Source of the DNA: Phycisphaerales bacterium
GTDB taxonomy: Bacteria > Planctomycetota > Phycisphaerae > Phycisphaerales > UBA5793
Direction of reading: 5' to 3'
NCBI GenBank assembly: GCA_043101845.1
Contig: JBICHN010000011.1
Span: 274,635-338,634 of the forward strand
DNA length: 64,000 nucleotides
The translations under genes and the position numbers were made by a program. The notes below the pieces were generated by a model. That model saw only the letters and a program-made list of their open reading frames with translations, ran no database searches and was not told the DNA's origin. Below, piece by piece: positions 40,772-51,259 of this stretch (its first letter is position 1; each line of letters begins with the position of its first letter).

Positions 40772-41401
40772 ATGCGCATCATCGCCGGTCAATACAAGAG
40801 TCGTCGCATTCTGCCGCCGCCCGACGCGAAGACGCGTCCGATCACCGATCGGGTGAAGGAGGCGCTCTTCAATCATCTGCGCGGGCGGACGGAGGGGGCG
40901 CATGTCGTCGATCTGTTCAGCGGGACGGGGAGCGTGGGGCTCGAGGCGCTCAGTCGTGGCGCCGCGCGCGTGCTCTTCGTCGAGAAGAGTCGTCCGGCGT
41001 CGAACCTGCTCAAGCGGAACATCGAGTCGCTCGGCGCCGGGGATGAGTGCGCCGTGTATGTGGGTGATGCGCTCGGGCCGGCGTGGCTCGCGCGGGCGCC
41101 GCGGCCGATCGATCTCGTGTTCTGCGATCCGCCGTATGAGTTGATGACGAACCCGCGGACGGCGAAGCTCGTGCTCGAAACGCTCGGCCGGCTCGCAGCG
41201 GCGGATGAGGTGTTGCGCGAGGATGCGATGCTCGTGTTGCGCACGCCGTGGCCGGTGCGGGCGTGGGTGTCGAAGGCGGAGCTCGAAGCGGGCGCGAAGC
41301 CGTCGCCCGAAGTCGACCTGAGTCACCCGGCGCTCGAGGGCCCGGAGACGCGGGTGTACAACCAGATGGCGTTGAACTTCTATCAGCCGGCGGCGCGGTA
41401 G
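40772..41401 (+). CDS. rsmD: 16S rRNA m2G966 methyltransferase
   Basis: MRIIAG, TRP.TDRVKEALFN, DLFSGTGS.GLEALSRGA, DPPY. Confidence 0.9.
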   Translation: MRIIAGQYKSRRILPPPDAKTRPITDRVKEALFNHLRGRTEGAHVVDLFSGTGSVGLEALSRGAARVLFVEKSRPASNLLKRNIESLGAGDECAVYVGDALGPAWLARAPRPIDLVFCDPPYELMTNPRTAKLVLETLGRLAAADEVLREDAMLVLRTPWPVRAWVSKAELEAGAKPSPEVDLSHPALEGPETRVYNQMALNFYQPAAR

Positions 41402-41410
41402 GTCGGGCTT

Positions 41411-42052
41411 CCCGGGTGGCTGTGGCTGAGGTTCGGGGAAGCCACAGGTGGGACGGTGGTCGGGGCGGAAGATTTGAAATCTGAGATTTGAGATTTGAGA
41501 TCGACGCGATAGGTCAGGCTGTTGCCTGACGGTTGGGCGCATGGTTGCACGCGCGCGGTCCGATCAACACGAACGCCGCTCGACTGCGAACGCACAACCG
41601 TTCGGCAAGAGCCGAACCTACGAACCCCAACCCTGTGTGTTACTGCCTTCCGGGCCGTGGAAATGAAACGGGAGTGTGTGTGACGACGGAAGCGCTCGCG
41701 AACTCGCGCGCCGTTCGCCGCTCCGCACTGCCGGCACGGCAGTGGCACACCGGGTCAGTCTTCGTCACGGACTCGCTCGTTCCATTGGCTGTGGGTTCCG
41801 CTGCGCTTCAACCACAGCCACCCGCTCGTAGTTCGCGCACCCCAGGGTGGCTGTGGATGAGGTTCGGGGAAGCCACAGGTCGGACGGCGCTCGAAGAAGG
41901 AGATCTAAAATCTGAGATCTGAAATTTGAGATTCATCGGGTAGGTCAGGCTATTGCCTGACGGTTGGCCGCCCGATCTCGCCCGGAACGACCGATCAATA
42001 CCAACCCCGCCCGACCACGAACGCCCAATCCTTCGGCAAGAGCCGAACCTAC
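41411..42052. repeat. Composite repeat mosaic 9
   Basis: GGGTGGCTGTGG hairpins 41414, 41787 (minus), 41845; heptamers 41471-41500 and 41901-41932; GTAG doublets 41509/41600 and 41940/42031; GTGTGC doublet 41635/41726. Confidence 0.9.
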
Positions 42053-42101
42053 CGAGCCCTTCCGTTCGGTGTGAGCCGAAACTACAGACCGCCCCGCCCG
42101 G

Positions 42102-43076
42102 TCACGCCGTCATGAAGTGCACGCTGAAGAGCTTCTGCGGGTCGGTCCAGGTTGCGCCCGGCGTCCAGCCGGCGTCGCGGGCGAGGGCGTGGAACTCGTC
42201 GATCGTGTACTTGTACGAGCATTCGGTGCGGATGTATTCATCCGTTTCGAACGCGATGGCGTCGCCGTTGAGGCGCACGGTCTGGTCGCGTTCGCTCACG
42301 AGGCGCATTTCGACGCGGCCCTCGTCCTCGTTGTAGACCGCGCGATGCTCGAACGCGTCGAGGTCGAAGTTGGCGCCGAGCTCGCGGTTGATGTGGCGCA
42401 GGATGTTCAGGTTGAACTCGCGCGTGACGCCGTCGGGGTCGTCGTACGCGCGTTCGAGCACGGCGGGGTCCTTCTTGAGGTCGACGCCGATGAGCAGGCC
42501 GCCGCCGGACCCGGCGACGCGCGCCGCCCGGGCGAGGAACTGCTGCGCTTCGTCACGATGGAAATTCCCAATCGTCGATCCGGGGAAGAAGACGACGCGC
42601 CGTTCGGGTTGCGGATCGTCGATCGGCGGAATCTCGATCTTCTGCGTGTAGTCGCCGCAGATCGGGATGACGCGGAGGTTCGGAAAGACCTCGGCGAGTT
42701 CGCGCACGCTCGCGTCGAGATGCTCGCGAGAGATCTCGATCGGAACGAGCGCGGCCGGATCGTCGAGATGCTCGAGCAGGAAGCGGGTCTTCATGCCGCT
42801 CCCGCTGCCGTATTCGATAAGCGCGCAGCGTCGTCCGCAGCGTTCGACGATGGCGTCGATGTTCGCGCGGAAGATCGACATCTCGGTGCGCGTCGGGTAG
42901 TACGCTTCGACTTCGCAGATCCGGTCGAAGAGCTCTGAGCCGCGCTGGTCGTAGAGGTATTTGCAGGGGAGCAGCTTCGGATCTTCCCGCAGCCCGTCGA
43001 TGATTTCGGACATGAATCGGTCGCGGTCGGGTTGCAGGTCAATCGTTTCGGGGGCGTCGTTCTCGGGCGATGTCAT
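42102..43076 (-). CDS. egtD: L-histidine N-alpha-methyltransferase
   Basis: [17 protein letters not shown]....[47 protein letters not shown]; overlaps the egtB stop. Confidence 0.95.
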   Translation of the reverse strand: MTSPENDAPETIDLQPDRDRFMSEIIDGLREDPKLLPCKYLYDQRGSELFDRICEVEAYYPTRTEMSIFRANIDAIVERCGRRCALIEYGSGSGMKTRFLLEHLDDPAALVPIEISREHLDASVRELAEVFPNLRVIPICGDYTQKIEIPPIDDPQPERRVVFFPGSTIGNFHRDEAQQFLARAARVAGSGGGLLIGVDLKKDPAVLERAYDDPDGVTREFNLNILRHINRELGANFDLDAFEHRAVYNEDEGRVEMRLVSERDQTVRLNGDAIAFETDEYIRTECSYKYTIDEFHALARDAGWTPGATWTDPQKLFSVHFMTA

Positions 43077-44380
43077 TGAAGCCTCGCGAGCCGGATGCCG
43101 GTGAACTGCCAGCGGGCGTGCGGCGGGAAGAAGTTTCGGTAGGTGGGACGAATGTGCGTGCGCGAGGTCGCGCACGAGCCGCCGCGCAGGACGAACTGGT
43201 TGCACATGAACTTGCCGTTGTATTCGCCGAGCGCGCCGGGTTGCGGCGCGTAGCCGGGATAGGCGGTGTACTGGCTGCCCGTCCATTCCCAGGCGTCGCC
43301 GAACATCTGGCGGAAGGTCGATTTCGAATCGCCGCGATCGGGGGCGGGGTGGAAGCGCTCGCTCTCGACGAAGTGACCTTCATCGATCGACGCGCCGGTC
43401 GACGCGACTTCCCACTCGAACTCGGTCGGCAGTCGATGTCCCGCCCACCGGGCATACGCGTCGGCTTCGAAGAGACTGACATGTGTGACGGGCTCGAGCG
43501 GATCGACCGGCCGCAGACCCGAAAGCGTGAACTGCATCCATTCGCCGTCGACCTCGCTCCAATAGAGCGGCGCGCGCCAGCCCTGTTCCTTCACGGTCGC
43601 CCAGCCTTCGCTGAGCCAGTGGTCCGGTCGCTCGTACCCGCCATCGTTCATGAAATCGAGGAACTCGCCGGCGGTGACGAGGCGCGTCGCGATCGAGAAG
43701 CGTTCGAGGAAGACGCGATGGCGCGGCGATTCATTGTCGTAGGAGAACCCGTCGCCCGCATGGCCGATCTCGTGCATGCCGGGTTCGAACTCGACCCAGG
43801 TCTGCGAGGTCGGCGAGGCGCTCTTCGGCGAATCATGCTCCGAGCGGCGCCGAAGGTACACCGGGCGCAGCGGATTGATCGAGAGCATGTGCTTGAGATC
43901 GGTGAGCATGAGCTCCTGATGCTGCTGCTCATGGTGCAGACCGATCTCGATGATCGGGTCGAAGTTGAGTCGCTGCGCCTCATCGGCGTTCGCGATGAAC
44001 TCCAACAGGCGTTCGTCGATCGCGCGGCGGTACTCGAATACTTCGTCGACCGTCGGGCGCGAGAGGAGGCCGCGCTGCGGCCGCGGAAACTGCTCGCCGA
44101 CCGCGTTGTAGTAGGAATTGAAGAGGTACTCGAAGGCGTCGTTCGGCGACTTGAAGTTCGCGTCCGCCTGTTTGAGCACGAAGGTTTCGAAGAACCAGGT
44201 CGTATGCGCGAGGTGCCACTTCGTCGGGCTCGCGTCGGGCATGGACTGCACGACGAGGTCTTCGGTGTGGAGCGGCTCGGCGATCTTCATCGAGAAGTCG
44301 CGAACCTGCTTCACGCGTGCGCCGAGCGCTGCGACCGGCGGTGCGCCGGCGGGCGCAGTCGAATGGTCGACGGGTGTCAT
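43073..44380 (-). CDS. egtB: Ergothioneine biosynthesis sulfoxide synthase
   Basis: [40 protein letters not shown]-sulfatase domain, [13 protein letters not shown]. Confidence 0.95.
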   Translation of the reverse strand: MTPVDHSTAPAGAPPVAALGARVKQVRDFSMKIAEPLHTEDLVVQSMPDASPTKWHLAHTTWFFETFVLKQADANFKSPNDAFEYLFNSYYNAVGEQFPRPQRGLLSRPTVDEVFEYRRAIDERLLEFIANADEAQRLNFDPIIEIGLHHEQQHQELMLTDLKHMLSINPLRPVYLRRRSEHDSPKSASPTSQTWVEFEPGMHEIGHAGDGFSYDNESPRHRVFLERFSIATRLVTAGEFLDFMNDGGYERPDHWLSEGWATVKEQGWRAPLYWSEVDGEWMQFTLSGLRPVDPLEPVTHVSLFEADAYARWAGHRLPTEFEWEVASTGASIDEGHFVESERFHPAPDRGDSKSTFRQMFGDAWEWTGSQYTAYPGYAPQPGALGEYNGKFMCNQFVLRGGSCATSRTHIRPTYRNFFPPHARWQFTGIRLARLQ

Positions 44381-44593
44381 GGCCTCTCCTTCGCTGGAGC
44401 GGCGAGCGTGGCCCCCCGGAACGGTCCCATCTGACGCGCTCGCGCTTTCCCCCGCAGCGACACATGGCGGTCGATTCGAATCCGTATGACGACTCGGCTC
44501 CGATTCGTCGCCGGTAAGTTCCCCGAAGACTATACGGGACCTTTTCGAAGAGGCCACGCGATTCGTCGGACGGGCGCGAGGATGAGCGGTTCT

Positions 44594-46372
44594 TCAGGCG
44601 GTGAGCACGCGATCGAGCGCGTCGCGCAGCGGTCTGAGATGTTCCCCGAACCGTTCAGCGCGTCCGACGGATGAACGGTACACGGGGCGCCGCACCTGAT
44701 CGAGACTCGCCGTCGCGACGATGCGCTTCGATTCGTAGAAGCGCAGGCATGCGTCGTCCCATTCGAGTCCGATGAAGTCGACGAGTTCGCGCGACATCGA
44801 CTCCTGTTCGTCGACCATGCGCTCGTACGGCGCCTCAAAGAGCGGCAGGTCGATGACTTCGCGCCAGTGCGCCATGAGGCGACGGTACTGGCCGTACGCG
44901 AAGGCGAGGTCTTCGAGATCGCTCTTGTAACTGTGGTGGAGCGGAAGCTGCGTCGTGTAGCAGGAGAGACAGGTGTCGATCGGATCGCGCGAGCAGTGGA
45001 TCACGCGGGCCTTCGGAAAGAGAAGGTTGATGAGGCCGAGGTGCGAGAAGTTGTGGGGCATCTTGTCGGTAATGCGCGTCGCGTCGGGATCGAGCGCGCG
45101 GAGTCGTTCGAGCCGCTCGCGCGCGAGGTCGTTCATCTGCTTTGGCGTGATCGCGTCGAGGAGCGCGGGGTACGGTCGGTCGGCGCCGAGGCGTTCGGGA
45201 AGGGTGATGACGAGGTTCGTGATGTCGGACAATTCACCGGCGCCGTAGACCTGCGGATGTGACGCGAGAATCTGCTCGACGAGGCTCGTGCCCGAGCGCG
45301 GCATGCCGACGATGAAGACGGGGAGCTCCGATTCGACATCGCTGCGCGGGTAGGACGCGACGCGGTCGGGACTGAACGCGTCGATGACTTCGTCGATGAG
45401 CCCGGCGTAGGCGTCGCGATCGAAAGTCTTCGGCGCGAGGTCGTTCGCGTTGCGGTACGCGTTGAAGGCGCGATCGGCGTCGTCCGCGGCCTCGTGCAGA
45501 GCGCCGAGATTGAAGTAGAGCATCGCCTTGTCGCGCGGCTCGATCGTCGTCGCGCGCAACGCGCGGCGGACGGCGTCAATCGCGGGGTCGAGTTTTTTCG
45601 CCCGGCGACTTACGCGGGCGAACGCGGCGGCGAGCGTGGGGTTCGGCGCCGCGTTCCGGGCGGGATTTTCGAGCAGGGCGTACGCCGCATCGGTCTCGCC
45701 GCGCGATTCGAGGATCTCGGCGCGGCCGGCGAGCACTTCGGGAATGTTCGGATCCGCCGCGGCGACCCGGTCGTACTCGAGGATCGCTTCCTCATGCCGC
45801 CCCTTGATGCGCAGCGCGGTCGCAAGGTTCGTCCGCAGGTCGAGATCGTCGGGGGCGTACTCAAGCGCCGTGCGGTATTCGTCGATCGCGTCGTCCATCA
45901 TGCCGTGGTCAAACAGGGCGTCGGCGAGCTTCGCGTGCGTGTCGGGACGGTCGGGCGCGACTTCGAGCGCCTGGCGATAGGCGTTGATCGCGCGTTCCGG
46001 GTTGAAGCGCTGGAGGTAGATATCGCCGAGCGCGACGAAGAGTGACGGGTCCTTCGGGTTCGCGCTGAGCGCCGTCTTCATCGCATTGAGCGCTTCGCGC
46101 GGCCGGCCGGCGCCGAGCAGGAAGCGGACGAGCGCGATATGGAGGTCAACGCGCTGCGGTCGCACGCGGGTCGCCTTCACGAGCGTGGCGATCGCTTCAT
46201 CGATGCGGCCGGTGCGGGCGAGAACATCGGCGAGGCCGGCGGTCGCGTCGGCGTGGTTCGCGCGGCGTTTGAGCGTCTGTCGATAGTGCCGCTCGGCGGC
46301 GCGGAGGTCGCCGGCGCGGTGCGCCTGCGCCGCCTGTTCGAGATTCCGATCGATCTTCGCCGCCATGCCCAT
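44594..46372 (-). CDS. TPR-containing sulfotransferase family protein
   Basis: N-terminal TPRs; FIVGMPRSGTSLVEQIL.SH, DKMP.NF, RDP.D.CLS, TAS..QVRRP.Y.SS. Confidence 0.9.
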   Translation of the reverse strand: MGMAAKIDRNLEQAAQAHRAGDLRAAERHYRQTLKRRANHADATAGLADVLARTGRIDEAIATLVKATRVRPQRVDLHIALVRFLLGAGRPREALNAMKTALSANPKDPSLFVALGDIYLQRFNPERAINAYRQALEVAPDRPDTHAKLADALFDHGMMDDAIDEYRTALEYAPDDLDLRTNLATALRIKGRHEEAILEYDRVAAADPNIPEVLAGRAEILESRGETDAAYALLENPARNAAPNPTLAAAFARVSRRAKKLDPAIDAVRRALRATTIEPRDKAMLYFNLGALHEAADDADRAFNAYRNANDLAPKTFDRDAYAGLIDEVIDAFSPDRVASYPRSDVESELPVFIVGMPRSGTSLVEQILASHPQVYGAGELSDITNLVITLPERLGADRPYPALLDAITPKQMNDLARERLERLRALDPDATRITDKMPHNFSHLGLINLLFPKARVIHCSRDPIDTCLSCYTTQLPLHHSYKSDLEDLAFAYGQYRRLMAHWREVIDLPLFEAPYERMVDEQESMSRELVDFIGLEWDDACLRFYESKRIVATASLDQVRRPVYRSSVGRAERFGEHLRPLRDALDRVLTA

Positions 46373-46429
46373 CCTTCGCGCTTCGCCGTCGTCGCCTGTC
46401 GCCGCCGGTCGGCATGGTAGGAGGGACGG

Positions 46430-47761
46430 TCACGCGGCGGGGGCGGGGGCGAGGTCGGCCGAGAGGCGCTCCACTTCGCGCGTGATGCCGTCCGCTTCGA
46501 GAGTGAGCGACTTCTGCAGTTCGCGGTGGAGCGCGAAGCGGAGAAAGGTGCGCACGCGGCGCCAGACTTCGGTGACGCGGTCGCCGAACGCCACGGCGAA
46601 CCAGCCGCTGAGCGGGAGCGTGACGGTGTACGCGAGCGCGAGAGGCCAGGAGAGCAGCAACCACGCGGCGGCGACCTGCAGCGCGTAGCAGATCGGGAAC
46701 ACGAAGAGCCCGGGATAGACCGTCCACGACGCCCACTGGTCCTTCGCCTGCGCGCGGCGCCGGGCGATGGCGCGGACGACGAGGTACGCCGGGAGATGGT
46801 TCAACCATCCCCAGAGATAAATCGGCGAACCGATGAGGAGAACCGGGAGTTGCCTCGCAGTGAACGAGATCGCGCGGCCGAGGGTAATCGGCACGAAGAC
46901 CTCGCCCGGCAGGACGCCGAGTCGGCGCAGTTTCGAGCGGTAGGCGCGGATGGCGCGGCCGAGGGCGGAGAGTTCTTCGCCCCGCGCTTCGCGGAGGCGC
47001 TCATAGCCGTCGCGGAGTGTCTGCGTGAGCGCGAGGCGCTCGGCGTACGACTCGTGCGGCGTGGCGCGCTGAAGCACCTCGGCCGCCCAGGTCAGGGCGA
47101 ACACCTGGCGACGGCGTTCGGCGTTCAAAGTGAGCGCTTCCACGCGCCGCTCAATCTCAGTGGTGAATTCGCGCGCCTTCGACTCGGGATGGGCGTCGAG
47201 CCACGCCTCGACATCGATCGGCTCGCCGAAGCGGACGACGACCGATGAGCGCCACTGGTCCTTCTCTTCGAACGCGAGACCGACGGGGACGACCTGCAGG
47301 CGTCCCGGGTTGCCGTCGCGCCGGACATAGTCGACCGCGATCGACGCGGCGCCGTGCTTGAACGGACGCAGCCGCGCGTCGGTGTGGCTCTGCCCTTCGG
47401 GAAAGATGCACAGCGCAGCGCCCTCGGCGAGGCGCTCGCGACATACGGCGAGCGTCGCGCGATTGCCCATCGTCTTCACACCCTCCCCCTTGTCCTGCGC
47501 GCGGTGGAAGGTGACGACATGCAGAGCGCGCATGAACGGACGGAGGATCGTCATATTCGCAAAGGTGCTCTTCGCGGTGATCGTCACCGGGCGATCAAGG
47601 TGGATGAGCACGACGAGCGGATCGACCATCGCGTTCGGATGGTTCGGCACGAGCATGAGGGGCCCCGAGGGTGGCACATGTTCGACGCCTTCGACCTCGA
47701 TGCGGCGGAAGAAGACGAGGAGCGCCGCGCGCCAGAGCAGTCTCGCGATGCGGTAGATCAT
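46430..47761 (-). CDS. Lysophospholipid/glycerol acyltransferase family protein
   Basis: NHPNAMVDP (HxxxxD), IFPEG, C-terminal TM pair. Confidence 0.85.
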   Translation of the reverse strand: MIYRIARLLWRAALLVFFRRIEVEGVEHVPPSGPLMLVPNHPNAMVDPLVVLIHLDRPVTITAKSTFANMTILRPFMRALHVVTFHRAQDKGEGVKTMGNRATLAVCRERLAEGAALCIFPEGQSHTDARLRPFKHGAASIAVDYVRRDGNPGRLQVVPVGLAFEEKDQWRSSVVVRFGEPIDVEAWLDAHPESKAREFTTEIERRVEALTLNAERRRQVFALTWAAEVLQRATPHESYAERLALTQTLRDGYERLREARGEELSALGRAIRAYRSKLRRLGVLPGEVFVPITLGRAISFTARQLPVLLIGSPIYLWGWLNHLPAYLVVRAIARRRAQAKDQWASWTVYPGLFVFPICYALQVAAAWLLLSWPLALAYTVTLPLSGWFAVAFGDRVTEVWRRVRTFLRFALHRELQKSLTLEADGITREVERLSADLAPAPAA

Positions 47762-47940
47762 GGGAGGTCGCCTTCGATCAACCCGTTCGGTGATCTTCCT
47801 ATCGGCGGAATCGGCCTCAGCGTACATCACTCGGCCCGCCGCGGGCGGGTTCTCCCCGTTTCTCCCGCTTTTTCATGGGAAGGGCGCCTTCCGTTTCCGC
47901 TCTCAGAAAGGGTGGCGGTTCTCAACAGAGGAGTGATGTC

Positions 47941-49524
47941 ATGTCTGGACCACGAAGTCGGATCATGGTGGTTGGATTCGTGCTCGCCAGCGCCGCGACG
48001 GCGTCCACCGGAGCCCAGATTTGCGAATGGGCGACCTACGGGCCGGGGTGTGACGGGCTCTGGACGCAGTCGGCGATCGGTATTGGCGCGACGCACACCC
48101 AGGCGGAAGGACTCTTCGTCAAGACGCTCGCTGGCACGGCGATCGAGGCGCTCTACGCGCCGATCGCGTCCAGCGTTCCCGACGCGGCGATCCGCGGCCA
48201 CACGAACGCGTCGCCGGGAGGATCGTCTTCCGAGTACTACGGCATCGCCGGGTCGTACTCCGGCCTGAAGGGCGCGGGGGTCTACGGACGCGTCACCGCC
48301 GATTCGGCAAGCGTCGCCGGCGTTCTCGGTCTGAGTGAAGCGCAGCAGGAACACGGCGCCGGGGTGCGCGGAATCGGTCGGGGTCGCGTTGGGCGGGGCG
48401 TCGAGGGACATGCCCCCTCGATGTCCGGCCATACGATCGGGGTCTTCGGGCGTGTCGCGTCATCGAACAACCTGGCCATCGGCGTCTACGGCCAAGGCGG
48501 TGGACGCGGTGTGTATGGGGTCAGCGGGGCTCGTGAATCGGCCGGAATCGGCGTCGCAGGTCGAACCTACGGAGAGAACGGTCGCGGCGTCTACGGAGAG
48601 TCACTGGCCAACTCCGGAAACTCGGTGGGTGTCTTCGGCGGCGCCACAAGCCCCACTGGATTTGGCGTGTACGGGACGAGTCCCGGCCACGCTATTTTCG
48701 GCTACTCCTCGTCGGGCTCGAGTGCAGAGAGTTCCGGGGTCTTCGGTCTCAACGACTCTGCGTCGGGGCACTCGCCGGGTGTGCGCGGCGAGTCGGCGAG
48801 CAATACCGGTCGCGGCGTTCTGGGAATCGCCAGCGCGGTCGGTGGCTCAGGTGTCGGCGTATACGGCGAAACGATGAGTGTGCGCGGCTCGGGTGTCCAT
48901 GGGGTTGGTCCCGGGACGGGCGTGCTCGGGTACTCGACATCGACCACCGGAGGCGCCGGGATCCTCGGTATGAATGAGCAGGCACGCGGGCTTTCCTATG
49001 GCGTGCGCGGAGTTGTCGGCAGTCCGGAAGGATTCGCCGGCCACTTCGAAGGTCGCGGTCACTTCTCCGCCGCCGTCGGGATCGGCACGGAGAGCCCGGG
49101 ATACCTTCTTCATGTCAACGGCGACGCGGGAAAGCCCGGCGGCGGATCGTGGTCGAATGCGTCCGATCTCCGCCTGAAGACGAACATCGAACCCCTCGCG
49201 AATTCGCTCGACCGACTCCTCGCCCTGCGCGGTGTGTCCTTCGAATACCGCGATCCTGAACGGATCAATGAACTCGAGGGCGAGCGGATCGGCATGATCG
49301 CCCAGGAAGTCGAAGCGGTCTTTCCCGACTGGGTGGACGAGGGCGCCGATGGATTCAAGCGCGTGACCTACCGCGGATTCGAAGCGATCATCGTCGAAGC
49401 GATGCGTGAGATGCGCGCCGAATCGCTCGGTCGTCTCGCCACGCTCGAGGCGGAGAACCAGGCGTTGCGCGAACGCCTCGCGCGTCTCGAAAGTCTGGTC
49501 GAGCGGCTTGCGAGTGATGAATAG
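47941..49524 (+). CDS. Secreted Gly-rich repeat fibre protein with C-terminal S74 intramolecular chaperone
   Basis: AGAGGAG RBS; signal peptide; many GV(Y/F)G repeats; SDLRLKTNI...L.GV.F.Y...IG.IAQEV..VFP..V plus coiled coil. Confidence 0.82.
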   Translation: MSGPRSRIMVVGFVLASAATASTGAQICEWATYGPGCDGLWTQSAIGIGATHTQAEGLFVKTLAGTAIEALYAPIASSVPDAAIRGHTNASPGGSSSEYYGIAGSYSGLKGAGVYGRVTADSASVAGVLGLSEAQQEHGAGVRGIGRGRVGRGVEGHAPSMSGHTIGVFGRVASSNNLAIGVYGQGGGRGVYGVSGARESAGIGVAGRTYGENGRGVYGESLANSGNSVGVFGGATSPTGFGVYGTSPGHAIFGYSSSGSSAESSGVFGLNDSASGHSPGVRGESASNTGRGVLGIASAVGGSGVGVYGETMSVRGSGVHGVGPGTGVLGYSTSTTGGAGILGMNEQARGLSYGVRGVVGSPEGFAGHFEGRGHFSAAVGIGTESPGYLLHVNGDAGKPGGGSWSNASDLRLKTNIEPLANSLDRLLALRGVSFEYRDPERINELEGERIGMIAQEVEAVFPDWVDEGADGFKRVTYRGFEAIIVEAMREMRAESLGRLATLEAENQALRERLARLESLVERLASDE

Positions 49525-49551
49525 AGCGTTGAAGGTCCGGCGCGCGACGGG

Positions 49552-51228
49552 TTACCGCCGCGCGTCGTAGACCTGGCGGCCGTCGACATACACGGCGGCG
49601 GGTCGAATCGATTCCCATTGGGGCTCGGCGTCGAAGGGCGATTCGAGGAGAATGACGAAATCGGCGCGGTAGCCGGGCGCGACGCGTCCGATTTCGTCTT
49701 CCGCGAAGACGCCGTAGGCGCCGCTCGTCGTGTAGCCGCGCAGGGCCTCGCCGACCGTGATGTTCTCCTGGGTCTGCCAGTCGTCGCCCGCGAGCGTGCG
49801 GCCGGTCACCGCGGCCTCGACGCCGAGGAACGGGTGAAGCGTCACGACGGGCCAGTCGGAGCCGAACGCGACCACGGCGCCGGCGTCGAGGAGCGACTTG
49901 AAGGCGTAGCTCGACCGCGCGCGATCCGGGCCGATGTACGCCTCGGCGTAGCGGCCGTCGTCGGCCTTGTGGTAGGGCTGCATCGACGCGATGACGCCGA
50001 GGTCGCCGAAGCGCTGGATGTCTTCGGGGAGAAGGTGCTGCGCATGTTCGCTGCGACAGCGGGCGGCGCGGAGGTCTTCGTACTTTCGTTCGAGCGTGTT
50101 GAGCAGGTAGTGGTTCGCCTTGTCGCCGATCGCGTGCGTGATCGTCTGGTAGCCCGAGGCTGCGGCGGCTTCGACATTGCGCTCGAAGGCGCCGTTTTCG
50201 ACGCCTTCGCGGAACAGGCCGCGCCAGTTGGGGCGCTCGGGATCATTCCCGAGGAAGGGTTCGCGCATCATCGCGGTGCGCGAGCCGAGGCTGCCGTCGA
50301 GGTACGCCTTGAAGCCGCGCACTTCGACGAAGCCGGGGCGCCCGGCGAAGCGATCGGCGAGCGTCGTCGCGAGGTCCCAGCGGCCGGTCGTCGGATAGAG
50401 GAAGAAGCGGAGGCGCGGCTCGTCCGACGACGCGGCGAGACGCTCGTACGCCTCGAGATCGCTGACGCCGGGAATGTCGCCGACCGCGGTGATGCCGTGC
50501 GCGAGCGCGTGGTCGATCGCCGCGTGGAGCGCCTCGACCTTTTCGTCGACGCTCGTCGGCGGAATGTGCTGGGAGACGAGCGACATGGCGCTTTCGCGGA
50601 GAATGCCGGTCGGCTCGCCGGTTTCCGGATCGCGATCGATCACGCCGCCGACGGGGTCGGGCGGGCCGTCCTTCGTGATGCCCGCGCGGCGCAGGGCCGC
50701 GGTGTTCGCAAGCGCCGAATGGCCATCCATGCGCGAGAGGAAGAGCGGGCGATCGCCCGTAACCGGGTCGACCCATTCGCGCGTGGGCGACTCGGGCTGA
50801 TCCCAGCTTTCGACCGACCAGCGTCCGCCGAGGAGCCAGCGCCCCTCGGGCAGGCGCGTGTTCCATTCGCGGACGCGGTTGATGAAGTCGTCCTTCGAAG
50901 TCGCGTCGCGCAACTGGATCTGCGCGAGGCCGAGCCCGCCGCCGAGCATGTGGATGTGCGAATCGATGAGGCCGGGCACGACGACGCGACCCTGCGCGTC
51001 GACGCGGTGGGTGTCAGGACCGATGAATGATTCGTCGCGCTCGCCGACATGGACGAAGGCGCCGTCGTCGACGGCGGCGAACGCGGCGAATCCGGCGCGC
51101 CCGTCGGACCAGATGCGCGCGTTTTCGATAACGAGGTCGGCGGGTTCGACCGCGGCGGAGATGGGCGGCGCAGAGAGCGCCGACGCGAAGATCGTGACGG
51201 CGAGACGGCGGAGAATGGAGTGCGTCAT
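49552..51228 (-). CDS. YtcJ-like amidohydrolase (exported copy)
   Basis: Signal peptide; PGLIDSHIH, DG.LGSRTA, HAIGD.AN, R.EHAQ, QPYH, FGSDWPV, G.RADFV. Confidence 0.9.
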   Translation of the reverse strand: MTHSILRRLAVTIFASALSAPPISAAVEPADLVIENARIWSDGRAGFAAFAAVDDGAFVHVGERDESFIGPDTHRVDAQGRVVVPGLIDSHIHMLGGGLGLAQIQLRDATSKDDFINRVREWNTRLPEGRWLLGGRWSVESWDQPESPTREWVDPVTGDRPLFLSRMDGHSALANTAALRRAGITKDGPPDPVGGVIDRDPETGEPTGILRESAMSLVSQHIPPTSVDEKVEALHAAIDHALAHGITAVGDIPGVSDLEAYERLAASSDEPRLRFFLYPTTGRWDLATTLADRFAGRPGFVEVRGFKAYLDGSLGSRTAMMREPFLGNDPERPNWRGLFREGVENGAFERNVEAAAASGYQTITHAIGDKANHYLLNTLERKYEDLRAARCRSEHAQHLLPEDIQRFGDLGVIASMQPYHKADDGRYAEAYIGPDRARSSYAFKSLLDAGAVVAFGSDWPVVTLHPFLGVEAAVTGRTLAGDDWQTQENITVGEALRGYTTSGAYGVFAEDEIGRVAPGYRADFVILLESPFDAEPQWESIRPAAVYVDGRQVYDARR

Positions 51229-51259
51229 GCGCTCAAGGTCGCCTCGCCGAGCCGAATTG

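Noticed and set aside
43073-44380. Selenoneine synthase (SenA) or ovothiol synthase (OvoA)
   Set aside because: No selD/senB neighbours, no C-terminal methyltransferase fusion, and it is coupled to egtD
44381-44593. Riboswitch upstream of egtB
   Set aside because: No recognisable aptamer consensus by eye
47941-49524. Prophage tail gene
   Set aside because: Has a signal peptide and no neighbouring phage structural, integrase or lysis genes
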